From a plasmid, in sequence record NZ_LC586267.2: a stretch of DNA of 64,000 nucleotides. One strand, given 5' to 3'. Position numbers and translations under genes: made by a program. The notes below the pieces were generated by a model that did no database searches, had not been told where the DNA came from, and saw nothing but the letters and a program-made list of their open reading frames with translations. Below are positions 54,083 to 63,074 of the stretch, piece by piece (within the stretch, counting starts at the first letter, position 1; the number at the start of each line of letters is the position of its first letter).

Positions 54083-54910
54083 ATGCGTCTATCCAGCAAT
54101 TTCCGTAACCCTTGCATGGTCCGCAGCGACAGCCCACTGACCAATGACGATATCGCCCGCGTAGCGCCCTCGATCTTTGCCGAGGAAGCTCACGAAAGCC
54201 GCTCCGATCGTTACCGCTACATTCCCACCGTCGACGTACTGGAAGCACTGCGCAGCGAAGGGTTCATGCCGTTCATGGCCTGCCAAACCCGCGTGCGCAA
54301 CACCGACAAACGCGACCACACCAAGCACATGATCCGCCTGCGCCACGCCGATACCATCGTGGCCAAGGAAGCCAACGAAATCATCCTGCTGAACAGCCAC
54401 GACGGCACCAGCAGCTACCAGATGATGGGCGGTTGCTTCCGTTTCGTGTGCGCCAATGGCCTGGTGCTGGGCGATGCCGCGCTTGATCAAAAAGTGCGTC
54501 ACAGTGGGCGTCAGGATGTCATCGGGGAGGTGATCGAGGGCGCCTATGAAGTCCTGAATCACTTCCAGCTGATCGAAGAACAGCGCGAAACCATGAAAAG
54601 CATCCAAGTGGGCGGCGACCTGCAGCACGCCTTTGCCGAGGCTGCACTTGCCTACCGTTACGACCCGGCAGACGGCCCGGCTCCGGTGACCGCTAGCCAG
54701 CTTCTGGCACCACGCCGCCGCGAAGACGCCACCAATGACCTCTGGTCGACCTTCAACCGCGTACAGGAAAACACCATCAAGGGAGGGCTGCGAGGCCGCA
54801 ACAAACAAGGGCGCCGCACCAGCACCCGTGCCGTTTCCGGCATTGACCAGGACGTGAAATTGAATCGCGCCCTGTGGGTACTGGCCCAGCACCTGCGCCA
54901 AGCCGCCTAA
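54083..54910 (+). CDS. Conserved leading-region protein (DUF932-like?)
   Basis: 275-aa ORF; family assignment from memory only. Confidence 0.45.
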   Translation: MRLSSNFRNPCMVRSDSPLTNDDIARVAPSIFAEEAHESRSDRYRYIPTVDVLEALRSEGFMPFMACQTRVRNTDKRDHTKHMIRLRHADTIVAKEANEIILLNSHDGTSSYQMMGGCFRFVCANGLVLGDAALDQKVRHSGRQDVIGEVIEGAYEVLNHFQLIEEQRETMKSIQVGGDLQHAFAEAALAYRYDPADGPAPVTASQLLAPRRREDATNDLWSTFNRVQENTIKGGLRGRNKQGRRTSTRAVSGIDQDVKLNRALWVLAQHLRQAA

Positions 54911-54968
54911 CAGCCCCAGGCCGGGCGCCCAGCGCGCCCGGTCTGCACCATGCAGGGAGATCGCAGCC

Positions 54969-55391
54969 ATGCAAAAAGTTTTCTATGTACCCGGCCAAAC
55001 CGCAATCATCGACTATGCCCGCCAGATCGGCCCCAATGCTTGGGCCGCTCGCGCAACCTGGCTGATGCTGCCAGAGATCCAGGTAAGGCACCCCGGCGCT
55101 GTGCTTGGCGATGAAGTAGGCTTTCTGCAAGCGCAGGAAGCCGCCCACGGCACCCAGCCGGCGCGCATCACCGAAACCCGGTATGACTTCGCGCTTAGCC
55201 GCGCTCAGGTGCTCGACTACAACGCCGGCGAGGCCGGCGATTCGTTCATACTGCAAGCCCCCGAGGTTGGCGACCTGGTGCGCGTGTACGCCCGTTCAAG
55301 CGGTCGTTACTGGACGTTCCTAGCGCTGCCGACCATCACGCATTGCGAGATCTGGCAGCGGATTCACCAGCAGGGGGCCGCGGCTGATTGA
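54969..55391 (+). CDS. Hypothetical protein
   Basis: 140 aa. Confidence 0.35.
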   Translation: MQKVFYVPGQTAIIDYARQIGPNAWAARATWLMLPEIQVRHPGAVLGDEVGFLQAQEAAHGTQPARITETRYDFALSRAQVLDYNAGEAGDSFILQAPEVGDLVRVYARSSGRYWTFLALPTITHCEIWQRIHQQGAAAD

Positions 55392-55414
55392 CTACCGACA
55401 CTAGGAGCTGATGA

Positions 55415-55728
55415 ATGCAGCCGATGTACACCAAAGAAGAATGGAAGAAGGTTGCGCCCCTGTTTGCTTCCAAGCGCCTGGCCATCTCGACCGTCGAGGT
55501 GGCCAAGGCCGTTCTGGTCGATGGCCAGCGCATCACCGACGTAGCCGAGGCCAGGGGGATGACCAAGCAGACCGCGCACGCAGCGGTAAAGCGTGTGCGG
55601 AAAATCCTGGAAGAGCAGGGCGCCGGCGAGCTGGTCCCCGTCCTGGTGTGGCTGCCCCCGAGTTGGCCGAACAGGTGCGGGAAATGGCCAAGCCATTCCC
55701 CCAGCCTGCCGCCCAAAAATCGAAGTGA
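55415..55728 (+). CDS. KorA-like transcriptional repressor; frameshift in C5 run near 55655
   Basis: VEVAKAVLVDGQRITDVAEARGMTKQTAHAAVKRVRKILEE resembles IncP KorA HTH; restoring one C yields about 105-aa protein ending PFPQPAAQKSK. Confidence 0.5.
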
Positions 55729-55749
55729 AGAATCACAAGGAGAGACGAA

Positions 55750-56769
55750 ATGTCGTCTGATGAACTCATTTTCCAGGCTGACCGGATTCACTCAGTTTCC
55801 ATTCATAACGTCACCCTGGTTGCTAACCAGATCAATGAGGACGGGAAAACGGCTGACCTGGTTATCGAGTACCAGGGAAAGCAGCACACGTTGCGCGCCG
55901 CTCATTACGTGAATGAGAGTGACGTAGGCAAAGTGGGCTATGTACTGCCAGCGCATTTTGCGTCGTCGGCAGCAGGGAATGGCACCATGATTTTCCGGGC
56001 CTACCAGGATCAAAGCCTGCGCCGCGTGTACGAGCTGGACACCACGAACGATGAATTTCAGATGGTGCCGCTTAACCATGGGAAGTGGCCGCACCACCGC
56101 GCTCATTTGACATGCGGTTGGCGGTGCGACAGTCGACCTACCGGCTTTCTCGCACCGGCAGGGCTTGTGCCTGGTGCCAAAGGCGAGTTCGTGCCGGATG
56201 AAACAGAAGTTGTTTCCGTACGCATTCCGCCTGAATTCGAATGGGAAGGACGCCGGCATCAGATGAAACCTGCGGAACTGCTCGAAAGCTTTATTGGCGA
56301 CCTGGCCGGCATCCAGAACTTTGGCAACAGGCCCCGGGCTGACCGCTTCGGCAGCAACGGCAGCGACGAACGCATGCTGGCTGATCACTGGCTGGAGCGG
56401 GCGCATGGTATGAAAGCTATAGACCCGGACCAGATGAATCAGCAGGCCGAGGAAGCAGAGGAATGGGATGCACAGCAGGACGAATGGTCGGAGCTGCTGG
56501 GCGAATACGCTGATCGAGGCGGTGATCCTCGCCAGTTGCTGGAAGCCGTTGACGGTGTGCTGACCAAGCTGGACGAGTTGGGGCCTGATTTTGTGCTGGA
56601 TCTGCAGGCCGAGGTTGAAGCGACTCAAACCCTGCCCAAACTCACCGAGTTGAATCCCTCGCAGCTGGCGTACCTTGAGAAATGGTTGGCCAGCAACGGC
56701 CCGAACAACCTCCTAAAGTGGCCAGGTTGGCATGACGCCCGAGTTGGCCAGGCTCCGAAAGACGTTTGA
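55750..56769 (+). CDS. Hypothetical protein
   Basis: 339 aa, acidic C-terminal half. Confidence 0.4.
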   Translation: MSSDELIFQADRIHSVSIHNVTLVANQINEDGKTADLVIEYQGKQHTLRAAHYVNESDVGKVGYVLPAHFASSAAGNGTMIFRAYQDQSLRRVYELDTTNDEFQMVPLNHGKWPHHRAHLTCGWRCDSRPTGFLAPAGLVPGAKGEFVPDETEVVSVRIPPEFEWEGRRHQMKPAELLESFIGDLAGIQNFGNRPRADRFGSNGSDERMLADHWLERAHGMKAIDPDQMNQQAEEAEEWDAQQDEWSELLGEYADRGGDPRQLLEAVDGVLTKLDELGPDFVLDLQAEVEATQTLPKLTELNPSQLAYLEKWLASNGPNNLLKWPGWHDARVGQAPKDV

Positions 56770-57271
56770 TTCTCCCTCTTGTGCGTGCCCCTTCGGGGGC
56801 GGCTGTCGTGAACCAAGCCCCGGCCAAAAGCACGCCGGGTCTTGGCCCTTCGAGCTTCCATCCTCACGCCTCCGGCCTTCGGCCTGCGCGCTCCGCTTGC
56901 CGTTTGTATCGTACGGCCGAGGGGGCAACTCCTTACCCGGCCTCACGGCCGGGATGGCCCATCCCACCTGGTAATCAAGATCGAGGGCGAGCCGGCCAGC
57001 AGGCCGGGCGCTGCAGCAGCTCGCGTGGGAGCAAGTGCATGGCTCGGAAATCGCCCTGCAGTTGCCCACCGCCCAGGCGATGATGCGCACCTGGTCCGTG
57101 GACAACTGCACCGTTCGCTCTGGCCCTTGTTGGGGCCCCGCTCACTGGACGATTTTTGTGTGTGGGCTGGGCGACTGCGCAAGAGCGGCCTTCGGCGACC
57201 AAGGGCTGCGCCCTTGGATCCGCAAGCCCAACGCGCCGGCCTCCGAATGGATGCCCTAACGCATATATGCG

Positions 57272-57631
57272 TTAGGGCTTGAACCGGCGATGTGCTACGC
57301 AGTCATCGAAGTCATCCCGGTAGCGGACCCGGATCTCTGTCATGGCCATGACCAGGGCTTGCACCATCGGCTCCAGAGTCGCCTCCAGCTGATCCAGGAT
57401 CTCAGGACCGACCTTTGATTTGTTGGCGGCTGTGCGCCCTTCCGTTGCGAATTTCTCCAGCGCAATCCGTACGTCCACCCCTCTCCCGAGCAGCTTGGTG
57501 CAGAGGTTTTCTGCCAGGGTCGGAGTTATGTCCAGCCCGTTCAGCCGTTCCACCTGCAGGAATGAAAACACCAGGTCGCGCTTGCAGCGCTTGTGCGCTG
57601 CACCGAGTTCCGCGCCGCAGTGGCTGGCCAT
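57272..57631 (-). CDS. Hypothetical protein adjacent to transposon insertion point
   Basis: About 120 aa from MASHCGAELG; ORF track extends into IR to 57760; palindrome CCCTAACGCATATATGCGTTAGGG at 57254-57277 overlaps its 3' end. Confidence 0.3.
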   Translation of the reverse strand: MASHCGAELGAAHKRCKRDLVFSFLQVERLNGLDITPTLAENLCTKLLGRGVDVRIALEKFATEGRTAANKSKVGPEILDQLEATLEPMVQALVMAMTEIRVRYRDDFDDCVAHRRFKP

Positions 57632-57703
57632 CTGGCGCAAGCTGCCTTCCCGATTTTCCAGGTATCGGCGGTAACCATCGAGCCGGTCGGCGTACGCCGA
57701 TTT

Positions 57704-57741
57704 GGGGGGCATAGAGAAAACGGAAAAAATCGTACGATAAG
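57704..57741 (+). repeat. 38-bp terminal IR, Tn501/Tn1721-type, left end of composite transposon (outer end 57704)
   Basis: GGGGGGCATAGAGAAAACGGAAAAAATCGTACGATAAG preceded by GATTT (57699-57703). Confidence 0.8.
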
Positions 57742-57744
57742 CCC

Positions 57745-57920
57745 TGCTGACAGCCTGCAAGCCCTTAGGTTGTGTAGTCGGTGTCCGAATGGGGTATACC
57801 CTAACTTGGCGTCAGACCATCCGGCGCTAAATCGTCAGAATAGAGTTGCCTTCCGAATTGATTGACATACGCCGTCAAGGGTCATAGATTTCTTCCTGAC
57901 ACATTTCCCTCAGGAGGATA
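57745..57920. promoter_or_regulatory. Putative res site of Tn21-subgroup transposon
   Basis: AT-richer region between IR and tnpR with GTCAG/CTGAC-type repeats; standard position. Confidence 0.4.
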
Positions 57921-57922
57921 CC

Positions 57923-58483
57923 TTGCACGGTCAGCGCATCGGTTACGTCCGCGTCAGCAGCTTCGACCAGAACCCAGAACGGCAGCTCGAACAGATCCAG
58001 GTGGATAAAGTGTTCACCGACAAGGCGTCGGGCAAGGACACACGGCGGCCCGAACTGGAACGGCTGCTCGCCTTCGTGCGCGAAGGCGACACGGTCGTGG
58101 TGCACAGCATGGATCGTCTGGCGCGCAACCTCGACGACCTGCGCCGCCTGGTGCAGGGCCTCACCCAGCGCGGCGTACGCATCGAGTTCCTTAAGGAGCA
58201 TTTGACCTTCACCGGCGAGGACTCGCCGATGGCGAACCTGATGCTGTCGGTAATGGGCGCGTTCGCCGAGTTCGAACGCGCCTTGATCCGCGAGCGGCAG
58301 CGCGAGGGCATCGCGCTCGCCAAGCAGCGCGGGGCCTACCGTGGCAGGAAGAAATCCCTGTCGTCTGAGCGTATTGCCGAACTGCGCCAACGTGTCGAGG
58401 CTGGCGAGCAAAAGACCAAGCTGGCTCGTGAATTCGGAATCAGTCGCGAAACCCTGTATCAATGCTCGAGAACGGATCAGTAA
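57923..58483 (+). CDS. tnpR: TnpR resolvase (Tn21/Tn1721 subgroup)
   Basis: 186 aa MHGQRIGYVRVSSFDQNPERQLEQ..., about 85 percent identical by eye to Tn1721 TnpR. Confidence 0.95.
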   Translation: MHGQRIGYVRVSSFDQNPERQLEQIQVDKVFTDKASGKDTRRPELERLLAFVREGDTVVVHSMDRLARNLDDLRRLVQGLTQRGVRIEFLKEHLTFTGEDSPMANLMLSVMGAFAEFERALIRERQREGIALAKQRGAYRGRKKSLSSERIAELRQRVEAGEQKTKLAREFGISRETLYQCSRTDQ

Positions 58484-58485
58484 AT

Positions 58486-61453
58486 ATGCCACGTCGTTCA
58501 ATCCTGTCCGCCGCCGAGCGCGAAAGCCTGCTGGCGTTGCCGGACACCAAGGATGAGTTGATCCGTCACTACACGTTCAGCGAAACCGACCTCTCCATCA
58601 TCCGGCAGCGGCGCGGCCCGGCCAACCGGCTGGGCTTCGCCGTGCAGCTCTGTTACCTGCGCTTTCCTGGTGTCATCCTGGGCGTCGATGAGCCGCCGTT
58701 TCCGCCCTTGTTGAAACTGGTCGCCGACCAGCTCAAGGTCAGCGTCGAAAGCTGGGACGAATACGGGCAGCGGGAGCAGACCCGGCGCGAGCACCTGGTC
58801 GAACTGCAAACGGTGTTCGGCTTCCAGCCCTTTACCATGGGCCACTACCGGCAGGCCGTCCAGTTGCTGACCGAGATGGCCTTGCAGACCGACAAGGGCA
58901 TCGTGCTGGCCAGCACCTTGATCGAGCACCTGCGGCAGCAGATCGGTCATTCTGCCTGCCCTCAACGCCGTCGAGCGGGCGAGCGCCGAAGCAATCACCC
59001 GCGCCAACCGGCGCATCTACGATGCCTTGGCCGAACCGCTGTCGGACGCGCATCGCCGCCGCCTCGACGATCTGCTCAAGCGTCGGGACAACGGCAAAAC
59101 GACCTGGCTGGCCTGGCTGCGCCAATCGCCCGTCAAACCGAATTCGCGGCACATGCTGGAACACATCGAACGCCTCAAAGCGTGGCAGGCGCTCGACCTG
59201 CCTTCTGGCATCGAGCGGTCGGTGCACCAGAACCGCCTGCTCAAGATCGCCCGTGAGGGTGGCCAGATGACGCCCGCCGACCTGGCCAAGTTCGAGGCGC
59301 AGCCACGCTATGCCACCCGGGTGGCGCTTGCCATCGAGGGCATGGCCACCGTCACCGACGAAATCATCGACCTGCACGACCGCATCCTGGGCAAGCTGTT
59401 CAACGCCGCCAAGAACAAGCATCAGCAGCAATTCCAGGCGTCCGGCAAGGCGATCAACGCCAAGGTGCGGTTGTTCGGCCGCATCGGCCAGGCGCTGATC
59501 GAGGCCAAGCAGGCGGGCCGCGATCCGTTCGCCGCCATCGAGGCCGTCATGTCCTGGGATGCCTTCGCCGAGAGCGTCACCGAAGCGCAGAAGCTTGCGC
59601 AGCCCGAGGACTTCGATTTCCTGCACCGCATCGGCGAAAGCTACGCCACGCTGCGCCGCTACGCGCCGGAATTCCTTGCCGTGCTCAAGCTGCGGGCCGC
59701 TCCCGCCGCGAAGGACGTGCTCGACGCCATCGAGGTGCTGCGCGGCATGAACAGCGACAACGCCCGCAAGGTGCCCGCCGACGCGCCGACCGAGTTCATC
59801 AAGCCGCGCTGGCAGAAGCTGGTCATGACCGACACCGGCATCGACCGGCGCTACTACGAACTATGCGCGCTGTCGGAGATGAAGAACGCGTTGCGTTCCG
59901 GCGACATCTGGGTGCAGGGGTCGCGCCAGTTCAAGGACTTCGAGGACTACCTGGTGCCGCCCGCGAAATTCGCCAGCCTCAAGCAGGCCAGCGAATTGCC
60001 GCTGGCCGTGGCCACCGACTGCAACCGGTACCTGAACGACCGGCTGACGCTGCTGGAAACACAGCTTGCCACCGTCAACCGTATGGCGACGGCCAACGAG
60101 CTGCCGGACGCCATCATCACCGAGTCAGGCTTGAAGATCACGCCGCTCGACGCGGCGGTACCCGACACCGCCCAAGCGCTGATCGACCAGACGGCAATGA
60201 TCCTGCCGCACGTCAAGATCACCGAACTGCTGCTGGAGGTGGACGAATGGACGGGCTTCACTCGGCATTTCGCGCATCTGAAATCGGGCGACCCGGCCAA
60301 AGACAAGAACCTGTTGCTGACCACGATCCTCGCCGACGCGATCAACCTGGGCCTGACCAAGATGGCGGAGTCTTGCCCCGGCACGACCTACGCCAAGCTG
60401 GCTTGGCTGCAAGCCTGGCACATCCGCGACGAAACCTACGGGGCGGCGCTGGCCGATCTGGTCAACGCACAGTTCCGCCATCCCTTCGCCGAGCACTGGG
60501 GCGACGGCACCACCTCATCGTCGGACGGCCAGAACTTCCGCACCGGCAGCAAGGCCGAGAGCACCGGCCACATCAACCCGAAATACGGGAGCAGCCCAGG
60601 GCGGACGTTCTACACCCACATTTCTGACCAGTACGCGCCATTTCACACCAAGGTCGTGAACGTCGGCGTGCGCGATTCGACCTACGTGCTCGACGGCCTG
60701 CTGTACCACGAGTCCGACTTGCGGATCGAGGAGCATTACACCGACACGGCGGGCTTCACCGATCACGTCTTCGCCCTGATGCACCTCCTGGGCTTCCGCT
60801 TCGCGCCGCGCATCCGCGACCTGGGCGACACCAAGCTCTACATCCCGAAGGGCGACGCCGCCTATGACGCGCTGAAACCCATGATCGGCGGCACGCTCAA
60901 CATCAAGCACGTCCGCGCCCATTGGGACGAAATCCTGCGGCTGGCCACCTCGATCAAGCAGGGCACGGTGACGGCCTCCCTGATGCTCCGAAAGCTCGGC
61001 AGCTACCCACGCCAGAACGGCCTGGCCGTGGCGCTCCGCGAGCTGGGCCGCATCGAGCGCACGCTGTTCATCCTGGACTGGCTGCAAAGCGTGGAACTGC
61101 GCCGCCGCGTGCATGCCGGCCTGAACAAGGGCGAGGCGCGCAATGCGCTGGCCAGGGCAGTGTTTTTCAACCGCCTGGGTGAAATCCGCGACCGCAGTTT
61201 CGAGCAGCAGCGCTACCGGGCTAGCGGCCTCAATCTGGTAACGGCTGCCGTCGTGTTGTGGAACACGGTCTATCTGGAACGGGCTGCGCACGCGCTGCGT
61301 GGCAACGGCCATGCCGTTGATGACGCGCTGTTGCAGTACCTGTCGCCGCTCGGTTGGGAGCACATCAACCTCACCGGCGATTACCTCTGGCGCAGCAGCG
61401 CCAAGATCGGCGCGGGCAAGTTCAGGCCGCTACGACCGCTGCAACCGGCTTAG
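58486..61453 (+). CDS. tnpA: TnpA Tn3-family transposase; +1 frameshift near 58945
   Basis: N-terminus [31 protein letters not shown] in ORF 58462..; remainder in ORF 59027..61453 ending RPLRPLQPA overlapping IR. Confidence 0.9.
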
Positions 61454-61487
61454 CGTGCTTTATTTTCCGTTTTCTGAGGCGACCCCC
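61450..61487 (-). repeat. 38-bp terminal IR Tn21-type (IRtnp), outer end 61487
   Basis: Minus strand GGGGTCGCCTCAGAAAACGGAAAATAAAGCACGCTAAG overlapping tnpA stop. Confidence 0.85.
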
Positions 61488-61640
61488 TTCATCGCGAATT
61501 GCACCGCCCAAGACGATCTGCACTGAAATCAATACTTTCTGATGCCTCTTGATTAGAGATGCCAGCCATAATCATCTCATCGCCAACGCATACGGCGTTC
61601 GGCAGCCAACACACTCTCACTCACTACTGGAAGCTCAGAC

Positions 61641-62159
61641 ATGAAAACCATAGGCATTGAAAACTCGAAGTCCAGCGTACAGGCCCACTTAACGCTTGGA
61701 ACCAAAACTATGGGGCTAGGTATCTATGGCGCGTACTTGGCTCTCGCTATTATTTACTTCTGGTTCGGCGGCATGAAATTTACCCACTACGAGGCCGAGG
61801 GCCTGGTTCCACTGGTGAGCAACAGCCCGCTTTTGGGATGGGTGTATAGCATTTTTTCGGTCGACATGTTCTCCAGCCTGCTCGGCATACTAGAGATTTC
61901 GATCGGCACTCTGATCGCAGGCCGCATGCTGTCGCCCAAACTATCCGTGGTAGGAGGCGCTCTGTCTGCAGGCCTGTTCTTCACAACCCTTAGCTTTATG
62001 TTTTCCACTCCGGGCGTCATTGAGCCTAGTTTAGGGTTTCCGGCGATTTCCGTTGCGCCAGGTCAGTTTCTGCTTAAAGACTTAGGGTTGCTTGCTGTTT
62101 CGATATTTGTGGCAGGCCATTCGCTGGTTGAACTGGAAAAACGTAAAATTAATGCATAA
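61641..62159 (+). CDS. DUF417-family (YkgB-like) inner-membrane protein
   Basis: 172 aa, 4 TM; divergent from AraC regulator. Confidence 0.55.
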   Translation: MKTIGIENSKSSVQAHLTLGTKTMGLGIYGAYLALAIIYFWFGGMKFTHYEAEGLVPLVSNSPLLGWVYSIFSVDMFSSLLGILEISIGTLIAGRMLSPKLSVVGGALSAGLFFTTLSFMFSTPGVIEPSLGFPAISVAPGQFLLKDLGLLAVSIFVAGHSLVELEKRKINA

Positions 62160-62187
62160 TTTTTCAATGGCTTAAGGCAGTAATGCC

Positions 62188-63033
62188 TTAGGCCTTTTTG
62201 CCATCATTTTCCCCCGCCAGATCTTTCAACCAGTCACGAGGGCTCAACCCCGTCTTGCGTCTAAATGCGCGAGACAGCGCCGAAGGACTTTCGTAGCCGA
62301 CTTGAGCTGCAATCAGCGTAATCGAGCGCCCTTCTCGCATCAGCTTCTGAGCCAGGCTAACTCGCCAACTCAACAAATAATCAGCAGGCGTCTGTCCGAT
62401 GACACTCTTGAAATGCACGGCATACGCAGCGCGTGACATATTTGACTCACTGGCCAGCTCTGCTATTGACCAGGCATGTTCCGGGGAGTTGTGCATCTGT
62501 AAAAGCGATCGGGCAAGCCGCATGTCGGCCAGTCCAGCCATCATTCCGGTGCGCAACTGGTGATGATCGAGCAGGTAACGGAGCAACAGAATGATTAGGA
62601 GCTCAAATAAGCGCTCAAGCGCGGCTTCCCTTCCACAATGCACATTTGCCGCCTCGGCAAACATCCACTCCAACGTGTCTGCCAGCATGGGCAGATCATC
62701 GAGTGCGAGCACCAAACAGTCCGGTAATGAAGCCGACAAAGGATTATCAATTCCGCCCTCAAACTCCATGGAAGCACACAACAACTTTGCGCCATCGGAC
62801 TCACCCGCAAACAATTGATGCTTGGCGGGGCGTGGCATAAAAATCAAGCTAGGGCGAGTGAGCTGCAAATCCTTGCGATCGGGACCAAGCAACGTCACGC
62901 TGCCGGCCTGAAGCAGATGGATATAACCTCGCCGCTCGGCGCCATCGTAAGATGCAGAGCCGCATAGGTCGCCGTCATAGAACAGATTGGCCCGCACGCC
63001 GAACCGCGAGAGCAAATTAGACAAACGATCCAT
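62188..63033 (-). CDS. AraC/XylS-family transcriptional regulator
   Basis: 281 aa; C-terminal double HTH with ...SPSALSRAFRRKTGLSPRDW. Confidence 0.85.
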   Translation of the reverse strand: MDRLSNLLSRFGVRANLFYDGDLCGSASYDGAERRGYIHLLQAGSVTLLGPDRKDLQLTRPSLIFMPRPAKHQLFAGESDGAKLLCASMEFEGGIDNPLSASLPDCLVLALDDLPMLADTLEWMFAEAANVHCGREAALERLFELLIILLLRYLLDHHQLRTGMMAGLADMRLARSLLQMHNSPEHAWSIAELASESNMSRAAYAVHFKSVIGQTPADYLLSWRVSLAQKLMREGRSITLIAAQVGYESPSALSRAFRRKTGLSPRDWLKDLAGENDGKKA

Positions 63034-63074
63034 TGGCCGATCCTTGACGAGTCAGAACGCACAGACCATACCAT

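Larger units (their letters stand above)
57704..61487 (+). mobile_element. Tn3-family transposition module IR(Tn501-type)-res-tnpR-tnpA-IR(Tn21-type)
   Basis: Complete minimal transposon architecture, 3.78 kb. Confidence 0.75.

Noticed and set aside
58832..61363. Antisense ORFs within tnpA (58832..59626, 60515..61363) and tnpR (57875..58501)
   Set aside because: Opposite highly conserved transposase and resolvase genes.
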